This document shows, piece after piece, positions 39,823 through 48,548 of a stretch of 64,000 bases of DNA. Each line of letters opens with the position of its first letter. Position 1 is the first letter of the stretch. The translations under genes and the position numbers were made by a program. Under the pieces are notes generated by a model. The model saw nothing but the letters and a program-made list of their open reading frames with translations, did not search any database and was not told the DNA's origin. The stretch is from Myxococcota bacterium (GTDB taxonomy: Bacteria; Myxococcota_A; UBA796; SXON01): assembly GCA_040386535.1 (NCBI GenBank), contig JAZKFH010000032.1, positions 32,001 to 96,000 on the forward strand. The letters run 5' to 3'.

Positions 39823-40107
39823 TCATTCGACGAGCTCGACCTCGACCGGCCCCCGAACATGCGCCATGCACGCCAGCCGCTCGAACGGGAGGAAGCGGTG
39901 ACGCGCGCGATGTCCGGCTTCGAGCGCGTCCGGGGGCGTCAAGTTTTCCTCGCCGGCGAGGACGGACATCCTGCAGGCCCCACACGCCGCGGTGATCCCA
40001 CAGCAGGCGATCTCCGTGGCGCCTGCCTCGAGGGCCGCTTCCAGCACGGAGGCGCCCTCGCCCACCTCGATGGACGTTCCCGACGGCTGGAACGTCACGC
40101 AGGGCAT
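39823..40107 (-). CDS. 2Fe-2S ferredoxin
   Basis: C-x5-C-x2-C (CGITAACGAC) and RLAC; TGATG overlap. Confidence 0.88.
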   Translation of the reverse strand: MPCVTFQPSGTSIEVGEGASVLEAALEAGATEIACCGITAACGACRMSVLAGEENLTPPDALEAGHRARHRFLPFERLACMAHVRGPVEVELVE

Positions 40108-40400
40108 CAGGCGCCCTTCTTCACGAGGTCCATGCCGCCGCACTTCTGGCACTTGCCAGGGTGGTCCTGGGTGACCTCGGGGTGCATCGGGCACCACCAC
40201 GTCTCCGCGGCGGTCGCGGGCGCGTTGGTGGGGGTCGCAGTCGCGTCCACCGGGGTCGCCGGTGCGGGCACCGTGGCCTCGGACGCAGGGGCGGAGGGCC
40301 CGGGCGCGGCTGGGCTCCCCTCGATGGCCGAGCGGGCGGGGTTGGACGCGTCGCTGCACGCGACGAGGAGCAGCACGGGAAGAACGAGGAAGCGGGACAT
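40107..40400 (-). CDS. Lipoprotein with heavy-metal-binding (CPMHP) domain
   Basis: LVAC; WCPMHPEV..DHPGKCQKCGGMDL. Confidence 0.88.
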   Translation of the reverse strand: MSRFLVLPVLLLVACSDASNPARSAIEGSPAAPGPSAPASEATVPAPATPVDATATPTNAPATAAETWWCPMHPEVTQDHPGKCQKCGGMDLVKKGA

Positions 40401-40412
40401 GGAGGCTCCGGG

Positions 40413-40688
40413 TCAGGCGGGAGTGGGCGATGCCGGCGGGGTTCCCTCGGGAAGCTGGCCCTTGGCCTTCAAGGCCTCCTCCTCCCGCACCTCGGCGACG
40501 AGGTCGGAGAACCTCTCGCTCTGCTCCCCCAGCGCCTGCCGACCGCGCTCGAAGAGGGTGGACCCCTGAGCGAGGGCTTTGCGGGCAAGCGGCCCGCCGA
40601 CCTCGACGATCTTCGGCCAGTTCTTCTGGACGAGCGCGCCTGCGGCGAAGCCGGCGGCGAAGGGGAGCAGGTAACGACCGATGGCCAT
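40413..40688 (-). CDS. DUF5132-like (FezA-like) small protein
   Basis: Hydrophobic GFAAG N-terminus, then PLARKALAQG..LFE......E..E.FSDLVAEVREE. Confidence 0.72.
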   Translation of the reverse strand: MAIGRYLLPFAAGFAAGALVQKNWPKIVEVGGPLARKALAQGSTLFERGRQALGEQSERFSDLVAEVREEEALKAKGQLPEGTPPASPTPA

Positions 40689-40710
40689 GGTCTCTCCGGA
40701 AACGTGTGGA

Positions 40711-41013
40711 TCAGCGGGGGGCCTTGGTGCCCTCCCACTCGAACAACTGGAGGATCTCGAGCACCTTCTGCTCGCGCTCCTCGGGCGCCCCCTCGGCGAA
40801 CGCCTGGCGAACGCAGGTATCGAGGTAGGACTTCAAGATGTTGCGCTCCACCCGGCGCAGGGCGGCGTGGACGGCGCGCGTCTGCGTGAGGATGTCGACG
40901 CAGTAGCGGCCCTCGACGACCATCCCCCGGATCCCCCGGATCTGGCCCTCGATCCGCGAGAGCGCGTCGAGCTCGGCGTCGTGCCGGGGGTAGCAGCAAT
41001 CGTCTTCAGGCAT
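40711..41013 (-). CDS. csoR: CsoR/RcnR-family metal-sensing repressor
   Basis: LSRIEGQIRGI..MV...RYCVDILTQ..AV..AL..ILKSYLDTCV; ATG 41013 after AAGGAG. Confidence 0.9.
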   Translation of the reverse strand: MPEDDCCYPRHDAELDALSRIEGQIRGIRGMVVEGRYCVDILTQTRAVHAALRRVERNILKSYLDTCVRQAFAEGAPEEREQKVLEILQLFEWEGTKAPR

Positions 41014-41032
41014 GGGCTCCTTCGGTTGCCAC

Positions 41033-41085
41033 ATACCCCCGTAGGGGTATACTCGGAGCATACCCCCCTCGGGGTAGGGGTGCAA
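41033..41085 (-). promoter_or_regulatory. Sigma70-type promoter with two CsoR operators
   Basis: Minus strand TTGCAC-N17-TATGCT; ATACCCC-N4-GGGGTAT (41033-41050) and ATACCCC-N4-GGGGTAG (41060-41077). Confidence 0.85.
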
Positions 41086-41092
41086 TCCTCGC

Positions 41093-41990
41093 ATGGTGTC
41101 AACGTCCGTCCGCGATCCTCGGTCACAGGCCACTGGTCCGGTGCTGGTCGAAGGCGGACACTACAGCCTCGGGCGGGACGGCGCACCGGTGCTCTCGGAG
41201 ACGACCATCCGGACGCTTGCGGGGGCTGCGGCGGAGGTCGTGGCGATCCGGAGGTCCGGTGGCAGCGCCACGCTCGGCCTCCTGGTGGGGGACCTCGCGC
41301 TCCCCGCCGGGAGCCGACCGCCTGCGGGCGAGTGGGCCGTCCCGCACCCTTACCGGGAGGTGCTCCTGGGCGCGGGCCTCGACCTGACAGATCTGCGCGT
41401 CTGGACGGAGTCCTACGCCCGGAACCAGGGAAAGCGCCGGCTCCTGGATGAGGCGCGGCGCCGCCACGACGGGCCGCGGACCTACGCCGCCGAAGGGTGG
41501 GCGTTCTTCGTGGGCCACTCCGGAGAGCTCACCGTCGTGTCCGACGCTTCGCTCGACTGGGACGGGGACCTGCACGGCGCCGTCGTCACCCGTGGTGTGT
41601 CACCGCTCTGCCCGCTTGTCTTCGCGGGGCTCAAGCGCGCTGTGTTCCAGGCGGGCTTCACCCGGCACGTGGCGCACTACGCGCTCGCGGACGACGCCTG
41701 GATCGAAGAGAAGCTCAGGGCCGCCGCGGCGATCGCCGCCCAGCTCAGGGGCGGCCGCGTCGGTACGCAGATCGACCGGCTGTACCGCGTCGGTCCCGAC
41801 CCGCACGACCGCACCTGCGCACCCGCGCGAGCTCGTCGCCCCGGGAGAGGGGCCGTGGGAGGCCTTCCTCGAGTCCGTGCGCGGCCTCCGTCCCGATCTC
41901 ACCCCCCTCGACCGAATGGAGACCACATGCAGGCCGATCCTGGATCCGGAGCGCAGCTTGCGGAGCGCGAGTTCCCGCTCTTCCGGGTGA
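41093..41990 (+). pseudogene. Hypothetical protein with an apparent frameshift near 41815
   Basis: Protein-like up to HDRTC; plausible continuation HPRELVAPGEGPWEAFLESVRGL in another frame, stop 41990; the current frame reads through into the next gene. Confidence 0.55.
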
Positions 41991-42625
41991 TCGACGGCGT
42001 CCGGGAGCACGAAGGCAAGATCGTCGCGCGGGTGGAGGAGCGCCGGGTCGCGCTCGCCGCGCGCACGGGTCTCACCGGACGGCCGCTCGCGGACGCGCTC
42101 GCCCGCGACCTCGTCGAAGACGCCGCGCTGCGCACGGCAGCCATTGGCGCGAGCGCGGCGTTGCCGCTCACGCTCCCCGTCCTCGGGATGATCGGCTCGA
42201 CCCTGCTCACCGTCCTCGGGGGCGCCCTATGGCAGGCCGCGGTCGAGGTGGAGCTCTGCTACGCCATCGGCGCGGCGTACCGCACGCGCATGCCGTCCGA
42301 GCGCGTGCGGACCATCGCATTCTGGCTGGTGCGGCTCGCGAACTACGGCGACCTGCAGGAGCGCGCCCTGGCCATGGGGGTGCGCTTCACGGTCCGGAAG
42401 CTCGTGGAGAAGCTCGTGGCCATCGGGCTTGCCCGCGCCGTCGCCGCCACAGCGGGCGGGATGATGATGGGGGGCATGATGGGACGGGCCGTCGTCGGGG
42501 CCCCGGTTCCCTGGTACGTCCGTGCCACCTCCTTCATCGGCGTCCCCGTCCTCGCGGTGATCGGCTGGAGGAGCACGCAAGGGGTGGGAGAGCGGGCCAT
42601 CGCCTACTTCAGCGAGGAGGGGTGA
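41927..42625 (+). CDS. EcsC-like protein with Met-rich loop
   Basis: GGAG RBS before ATG 41927; LA..LV...A..TAAIGA..ALP...P..G, AIGAAY, G.RA..YF; GGMMMGGMMG. Confidence 0.65.
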   Translation: MQADPGSGAQLAEREFPLFRVIDGVREHEGKIVARVEERRVALAARTGLTGRPLADALARDLVEDAALRTAAIGASAALPLTLPVLGMIGSTLLTVLGGALWQAAVEVELCYAIGAAYRTRMPSERVRTIAFWLVRLANYGDLQERALAMGVRFTVRKLVEKLVAIGLARAVAATAGGMMMGGMMGRAVVGAPVPWYVRATSFIGVPVLAVIGWRSTQGVGERAIAYFSEEG

Positions 42626-42734
42626 GGTCTGCGCGTCGGGCCCCTGCCACCGAGCGGCGTGTGCGGCGGCACGACGTTTGCTGGCGGGGTTTCGACTCAC
42701 CGCTCGTGTCCTCCATCGGACGCGGCGAGGAGCG

Positions 42735-43304
42735 TCATCGCCGCGCGGCGACCCCCAGGAGCCAGCGGTCCGCAAGGAGCGTCCGGCGCGCCTGGATCGC
42801 GAAGCCGGCATTCTCCACCGCAGAGAACCACTCCTTCGGGTCGAAGCGGCCTTCCTCCGGGTGGTCCAGGAGGGCCCGCACCGCAGCCATCCGTGTCAGC
42901 TTTCCCGTCGGCTCCTCGAAGTAGAACCGTCCGCGGGGGCGCAGGACTCGCGCGATCTCGCCGATCGCCCTCTGCCACCCGGGCACGTGGTGAAGGATCG
43001 CGAAGTCGAACACCGCATCGAAGCTCGCGTCTGGTTCGGGGATGTGCTCGGCGTCGGCGACGTACGCGCCGGTGCCCGCGAGGCGGACCATGTCGGGGTC
43101 GAGGTCGAACGCTACGATCTCGGCCGCGCCGAACTCCTCGCGGATGATGCGCATGCCTACCCCACGTCCACAGCCGACCTCCAGCGCGCGGGCGCCGTCG
43201 CAGCGTCCCCCGTGACGACGGAGTGCGGCGCCTTCTCCGTAGCGCTGGATGGCCGCCCGGATCGGGTTGTTCATCAGCGCCTTCTCGACGGGGTTGAGCA
43301 GCAT
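42735..43304 (-). CDS. Class I SAM-dependent methyltransferase
   Basis: LEVGCGRG, FDAVFDFAILHH, RVLRPRG. Confidence 0.9.
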   Translation of the reverse strand: MLLNPVEKALMNNPIRAAIQRYGEGAALRRHGGRCDGARALEVGCGRGVGMRIIREEFGAAEIVAFDLDPDMVRLAGTGAYVADAEHIPEPDASFDAVFDFAILHHVPGWQRAIGEIARVLRPRGRFYFEEPTGKLTRMAAVRALLDHPEEGRFDPKEWFSAVENAGFAIQARRTLLADRWLLGVAARR

Positions 43305-43342
43305 CTACATCTCGCCCCGCGGGTCAGATTGAGGGCATCTCA

Positions 43343-44041
43343 TCAATAGGGATACGCACCGGTGCCGTACGGCGGGTAGTACTGCCTTCGCCACCAGTTG
43401 GCCTCCCCCCCGAGCAGCACGCCGAGGCTCACCTGATAGAGCGAGTGGCCGGGCCGGAGCTCGACATCAGAGAACGCCGCCCGTGTCTCCAGTACCCCGA
43501 CGAACGGACGCGCAAATGTCACCTCCGGCAGGATGCGAACCCCCCGTGCGATCCGGATTGAGCCGCCGACCGACACCCCTGCGGCGAGCAGGGTCGACCG
43601 CTTTCGGTTTGCCTGAAGGGTGCGCACGTGGGACCACCCCTGAAGCTTGGGCGCGAGCGTCAACTCGTGGGGGCCGAGGCCGAGGCCGACGAGGAGAGGG
43701 AGTTGTACGTGAACGGGCCAGTGTCCCATTGGCACGGTGCTCGCGGATGGCGCGACCGCGACGGCCCACCTGCGTGAGTACGGGTTGGTCAGAGCGAATT
43801 TGCTGGACACTCCGACCCCCGCCGTCCCGAGCCGCAGACCGAGATCCCAGCGGTTGCCGAAGCCGTACCTCGCCGTCAGGTTGGCAACCGGCGCGGCGCC
43901 CGAATCCTTGACGTGCCACATGCCGGGCTCGATGCCTACCTGGAGGGACCCCTTGTCGATCGGCCGTGCGGTCTGGTGAGTGCCAAACGTGGCACAGGCC
44001 GAACACAGCATCCCAACCAACACCAACGCGACCACCCTCAT
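43343..44041 (-). CDS. Hypothetical lipoprotein, possibly a beta-barrel
   Basis: MRVVALVLVGMLCSAC; QTARPIDKG..ARYG..WDLGLR. Confidence 0.65.
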   Translation of the reverse strand: MRVVALVLVGMLCSACATFGTHQTARPIDKGSLQVGIEPGMWHVKDSGAAPVANLTARYGFGNRWDLGLRLGTAGVGVSSKFALTNPYSRRWAVAVAPSASTVPMGHWPVHVQLPLLVGLGLGPHELTLAPKLQGWSHVRTLQANRKRSTLLAAGVSVGGSIRIARGVRILPEVTFARPFVGVLETRAAFSDVELRPGHSLYQVSLGVLLGGEANWWRRQYYPPYGTGAYPY

Positions 44042-44284
44042 TTTGCCACCCCACCGGAGATCATAGCGGTGCGGTCGGGACGGCCTGTGAACGATTGTCG
44101 TCTCCGAACGAGGCTCCGGGCGATGACGGGGATCGAGCAGGACGGCGCCCGCTCGATCGGGAAGACCCATGCTTCGCTCGGTGTCGTCAAGTCCTTCCTA
44201 CCGACGAGCTGTCCTCGGCCTGCCGTCGCGCCTCCCGGACGCGAGAAGGTAGAGGAAGGGTAGCGGGGCGGACAGCCCCCCTAC

Positions 44285-44303
44285 CGTGACGCTGCAAGCA
44301 ACA
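44285..44303. promoter_or_regulatory. Recurrent palindrome copy (CGTGAC-N7-GCAACA)
   Basis: Upstream of the TreT-like gene, 23 nt before TACGTA. Confidence 0.4.
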
Positions 44304-44353
44304 GTTCCCGGAACGCCGCGGGCGCCTACGTAGGGGGGAATCGGGAGCCACGG

Positions 44354-45787
44354 TTGCTGAGCCTCGTTGACATTGGGCCACGTTCCCTGGAAGCCTACCG
44401 AGGCGTCGCTTCAGACGAGCTCGTGGACGCGGTGCGTGCGGCCGCGATGCCACTTCGAGGCGCGCGCGTGCTGCACCTCAACGCGACCCCGTACGGCGGC
44501 GGGGTCTCCGAGCTGCTCCGCTCGGTCGTCCCGCTGCTCCGGGACCTCGGCCTGGTTGCGCACTGGCGCATCATCAGCGGGGACGAAGCGTTCTTCCGCG
44601 TGACCAAGGCCATGCACAACGGCCTCCAAGGCGCCGTGCCCGACCTCACACCGGACCAGCAGCAGACGTGGTTGGCTACAGCCGAGGCCAACGCGCGGGC
44701 GTTCGAGGAGAGCTACGACTTCGTGTTCGTACACGACCCGCAGCCTGCAGGGCTCCTGTCGCTCCGCGGCGCGCGAGGCGCTCGCTGGATCTGGCGGTGC
44801 CACATCGACACGTCGCATCCCAACCCGTCGATCTGGAGCTTCCTGCGACCCTACCTCGCGGTGTACGACGCGGCGATCTTCACCATGGCCGAGTTCGTGC
44901 CTGCCGGGTTTCCGATCTCCCGAGTCGAGATCGTGCCGCCGGCGATCGACCCCTTGAGCCCGAAGAACCTATCGCTTCCCCGTGCGACCGCGCGCCAGGT
45001 GCTCGACTGGATCGGGGTCAGGACGGATCGACCGCTCGTCACCCAGGTGTCGCGCTTCGACCCGTGGAAGGATCCGCTCGGGGTCATCGCGGCCTACCGC
45101 GCCGCCCGGCGAGAGGTGCCCGATCTCCAGCTCGCCCTGGTGGGCTCCATGGCGTTGGACGACCCCGAGGGCGCGGAGATCTACCGACAGATCCTGGACG
45201 AGACGGGCGGCGACCCCCTCGTGCACGTCTTCACCAACCTCGTGGGCGTGGGGAACATCGAGGTCAACGCCTTCCAGATGCTCTCGGACGTCGTCGTCCA
45301 GAAGTCCATCCGCGAGGGCTTCGGGCTCGTCGTGTCGGAGGCCCTCTGGAAGGGCACCCCCGTTGTCGCCGGACGCGCCGGGGGCATCCCGCTCCAGATG
45401 GCGGACGGCGTCGGCGGGGTGCTGGTCGACAGCGTGGATGCGTGCGCCGAGGCGATGGTGGCACTCCTCCGCGACCCCGAGCGGGCACGTGCGTTGGGCG
45501 TGGCCGGGCGGGAGCGGGTCCGCGAGCACTTCCTGACGCCCCGGCTGGTGCTGAACGACCTGCGGCTGATGCAGGCCCTCCACGACAAACAGCCGATCGT
45601 GCGGCCCCCCGACTGGGACGCGCACCGGGATCCCGTGTGCGGCATGGTGCTGGAAGGGGCGCCGGTCGTCACCCTCGTCGACACCGGTCGGACATGGGAG
45701 TTCTGCTCCCAACGCTGTCGCGCGGCGTTCGCTGATGACCCCGAGCCGTATCGGGGACAGGCTCGGTTGGGGCTCGCACCCGCCTGA
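44354..45787 (+). CDS. treT: TreT-like trehalose synthase (GT4) with C-terminal YHS domain
   Basis: [49 protein letters not shown]...FCS..C...F..DP..Y. Confidence 0.85.
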   Translation: MLSLVDIGPRSLEAYRGVASDELVDAVRAAAMPLRGARVLHLNATPYGGGVSELLRSVVPLLRDLGLVAHWRIISGDEAFFRVTKAMHNGLQGAVPDLTPDQQQTWLATAEANARAFEESYDFVFVHDPQPAGLLSLRGARGARWIWRCHIDTSHPNPSIWSFLRPYLAVYDAAIFTMAEFVPAGFPISRVEIVPPAIDPLSPKNLSLPRATARQVLDWIGVRTDRPLVTQVSRFDPWKDPLGVIAAYRAARREVPDLQLALVGSMALDDPEGAEIYRQILDETGGDPLVHVFTNLVGVGNIEVNAFQMLSDVVVQKSIREGFGLVVSEALWKGTPVVAGRAGGIPLQMADGVGGVLVDSVDACAEAMVALLRDPERARALGVAGRERVREHFLTPRLVLNDLRLMQALHDKQPIVRPPDWDAHRDPVCGMVLEGAPVVTLVDTGRTWEFCSQRCRAAFADDPEPYRGQARLGLAPA

Positions 45788-45814
45788 CCGCGTGGTCGAA
45801 TGGCGCGTCGCGTC

Positions 45815-45856
45815 CACTGTGACCATGAAGGCCACAGTGAAACCCGCGGAGTCGCT
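45815..45856. promoter_or_regulatory. Tandem recurrent palindromes, candidate upstream activator site
   Basis: CACTGTG-N11-CACAGTG (core TGTGAC-N7-GCCACA), plus TGAAAC-N7-GTCGCT 20 bp on. Confidence 0.6.
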
Positions 45857-45944
45857 GGGTTGACCCGCCCAAATGCGTGTGCAAAAGCGCACAGCCGCCG
45901 TGCGACGACGGCCATGAACCCCGTTCATTCCTCGTTTTCGAGGA

Positions 45945-45960
45945 TGGCATACTGCTTGCC
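45945..45960 (+). promoter_or_regulatory. Sigma54 promoter of the cusCBA operon
   Basis: TGGCAT-ACTGC-TTGCC. Confidence 0.75.
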
Positions 45961-45972
45961 AGGAACCGATCC

Positions 45973-47397
45973 ATGGTGCTGCTCGCCCTCGTCACCCTCG
46001 CCCTCGCGGAGGCCCCCGCTGACCTCAAGGGGCTTGTCGGCCTCGCACTGGAACGCGATCCGGAGGCGGCCGCCGCCGACCTGGACGCCCGCGCGGCCAC
46101 AGAAGACGCGAGGGCCGCCGGTCGCCCGATGAACCCCATGTTGATGGTGGGCGGCGACTCGCTCGGCGCGATGCCCGAGGATCTGGACCCGACGATGTAC
46201 ATGGTCGGCGTCGAGCAAATGCTGCGAGGGTGGGGAGAGGCCCGCGCTTCGGCGGATCGCGCCCGTGTGGACGTGACGCGCGCCGAGGCCGACCGCGCCC
46301 GCGTCGCCGCCGACCTGCGCCTCCGGCTTGCCCAGGCGGCCGCGCGGATTCGTGCATTCCAGGCGGAGCGCAGGTTGTTGGACGAGCAGATCCGCGCGGC
46401 GGAGACCCTCTGGCAGGCCGGCGTGCGGCGCTGGGGCGCGGGTGCGGGACGCCCGGGGATGGGCGGCATGGGCGGGTCCGAAATGGACGAAGGCATGGAG
46501 GCCGGTCCCTCCTCCACACCTCCGGCGGTGAAAGGCGGCGGCGGCGGCGGCGGCGGCATGGGGATGCCCGGCATGGGAGGCGGAGCGGGGGGCGGTGGCC
46601 GCGCCCAGGCGCCGGCGGGCGGAATGGAGGGCAACACAGGGATGGGCGGCGGCGGGACCGGCGGCATGGACCCGGGCGCTGGCGGCATGCGGGGAGGGTC
46701 CACCCTGCCCGATCTGTTGCGGGTGGAGGCCGAGGTGGCGCGCCTCCGCGCGGATCGGGCGGCGCTCGATGCGCGCCTCGCCGGGGAGACCGCGGTCCTC
46801 ACCCGCTTCGTCGGCGACGAGGCGGCGGCCGCCGTGCACGCGGTACCCGCGGCCTACCTGGAGGAGCCGTCCTCCACGCCCAGCCGGCCGCCCGAGATCG
46901 ATCTCGCCGCCGCCGACCGAGCCGCGGCCGAGGCGGATCTCCGCGTCGCGCGGAGCCGGATCGCGCCCGATGTGGAGCTGGGTGCCAGCGTCGGCATCAT
47001 GCCCGACGGGATGGTGCAGGGCGTGAACGTGATGGTGGGAGTGGAGGTGCCGCTCTGGGGCGCGAACGCTCGCTCGCGGGACGCCGCCTCGGCGCGCGTC
47101 GAGGCCGCCACCCGGCGCGCAGACGCCATCGATCGCGACCTCGCCGCGGCGACGGACGCCGCGCGGGCGGCCGAGGCGGCGGCGACCGCGCGATCCGGGG
47201 TGCTTCGGGAGGTGGCGGTGCCCCGCGCGGAGTCGGCATGGAAGGCCGCGCTCGCGAGGTACGCCGCGGGACAGACCGGTGTGGAGGAGGCCCTCCGCGC
47301 CTGGGAGGGGCTCCTGGCCGCGCAGCGCGACCTGGTGGCAGCCGAGCGGGACGAGGCCTTGCGTGCGGCCGAACGTGTGCGCGTGGAGGTTCGATGA
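45973..47397 (+). CDS. TolC/CusC-like outer membrane factor with Met/Gly-rich insertion
   Basis: NPML..VEQML, DLLRV, APDV, VEVPLW, RYAAGQ; first gene of the RND operon. Confidence 0.85.
   Translation: MVLLALVTLALAEAPADLKGLVGLALERDPEAAAADLDARAATEDARAAGRPMNPMLMVGGDSLGAMPEDLDPTMYMVGVEQMLRGWGEARASADRARVDVTRAEADRARVAADLRLRLAQAAARIRAFQAERRLLDEQIRAAETLWQAGVRRWGAGAGRPGMGGMGGSEMDEGMEAGPSSTPPAVKGGGGGGGGMGMPGMGGGAGGGGRAQAPAGGMEGNTGMGGGGTGGMDPGAGGMRGGSTLPDLLRVEAEVARLRADRAALDARLAGETAVLTRFVGDEAAAAVHAVPAAYLEEPSSTPSRPPEIDLAAADRAAAEADLRVARSRIAPDVELGASVGIMPDGMVQGVNVMVGVEVPLWGANARSRDAASARVEAATRRADAIDRDLAAATDAARAAEAAATARSGVLREVAVPRAESAWKAALARYAAGQTGVEEALRAWEGLLAAQRDLVAAERDEALRAAERVRVEVR
46534..46557 (+). repeat. 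(GGC)8 in-frame microsatellite (poly-Gly)
   Basis: Eight perfect GGC units inside the Met/Gly insertion. Confidence 0.85.
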
Positions 47398-48548
47398 AGT
47401 CTCTCTCTTTGGTGGGCCTGCTGCTGGTTGCCGCGTGCGGACGGAACGATCCGCGCGCGGGGCGCGAGGAGCCCGGCACTGCGCCCCCAACGGCCGGGGC
47501 CGATCCACACGCAGGGCACGCGGCACCCGCAGCTCCCGCCACCGACGGACACGCGGGGATGCCCGGCATGGATACCCCTTCCGAACCGGGAGCCGCCACG
47601 GGCGACGCGGGCATGGTCATGCCAGTGACCGTCAGCCCCGAAGCCGCCGCCGCGATCGGCGTCCGCACGGTCCCCGCCCGCGCCGGTGCAGCCGCGACGC
47701 GGCACCGCGCCCCCGCCTCCGCCACCTTCGACCCCTCGCGCACCCGCCGCGTCACCGTCACCGCGGGCGGCCAGATCCGAGAGGAGCGCGTCCCCCGCGT
47801 CGGGGAGGCCGTCCGTGCGGGCCAGGTGCTCGCCCGGATCTGGCTTCCGGAGGTGCGCGCGGCCTTCGAGGAGCAGAAGGTCGCCCGTCCGCTCGGCGAG
47901 CCGTGGGCCAGCGCAGCTCGCTCCCGCCTGCTTGCGTTGGGCGTGCCCGCCGCGGACATCGATGCCGCGGGCGACACCGTGCCCGACACGTGGACCGTGC
48001 GCGCGCCGGTGTCCGGCATCATCGTCTCCCGACCCGCTCGGGAGGGCGGCTGGCTCGGCGCGGGCGGGCTCGTCGCCGAGATCGCCTCGACCGACGCGCG
48101 CGTGGTGGAGATGGTCACCGTCGTCCCTCCTCCCGTCGGCACACATGTGACGCTCACGGACGGGGCGAGCACCTGGGAGGCCACCGTCTTCGAGATCCTC
48201 CCCACCGCGGGGCCGGCCGGGCGCAGCGTCCGTCTCCTCCCCCAGCGACTCTCCGGAGGCGACATCGGCGTGGGTCGTCCGCTGACCGCAACCTGGAACG
48301 GAGGCGAAACCGAGGGCGTCTGGGTGCCTCGAGGCGCTGTGGTCGACACGGGGACCCGGCAGCTCGTCTTCGTCGCTGGGGCGGACGGCTACACACCGCG
48401 TCCAGTCTCGCTCGGCGTGCGGACCGCAGACGAGGTCCAGGTGACCGTGGGCCTCGCTCCCGGCGAGGAGGTCGTGGCGGCGGGCACGTTCCTGTTCGAC
48501 TCCGAAACCCAGATGCAGGGCAGCGGGCACGCCGGGCACGGCGGCTGA
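47394..48548 (+). CDS. cusB: CusB-like RND periplasmic adaptor
   Basis: ATGA overlap; VAAC lipobox; DPHAGH and HAGMPGM; AVVDTG, GTFLFDSE. Confidence 0.85.
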   Translation: MKSLSLVGLLLVAACGRNDPRAGREEPGTAPPTAGADPHAGHAAPAAPATDGHAGMPGMDTPSEPGAATGDAGMVMPVTVSPEAAAAIGVRTVPARAGAAATRHRAPASATFDPSRTRRVTVTAGGQIREERVPRVGEAVRAGQVLARIWLPEVRAAFEEQKVARPLGEPWASAARSRLLALGVPAADIDAAGDTVPDTWTVRAPVSGIIVSRPAREGGWLGAGGLVAEIASTDARVVEMVTVVPPPVGTHVTLTDGASTWEATVFEILPTAGPAGRSVRLLPQRLSGGDIGVGRPLTATWNGGETEGVWVPRGAVVDTGTRQLVFVAGADGYTPRPVSLGVRTADEVQVTVGLAPGEEVVAAGTFLFDSETQMQGSGHAGHGG

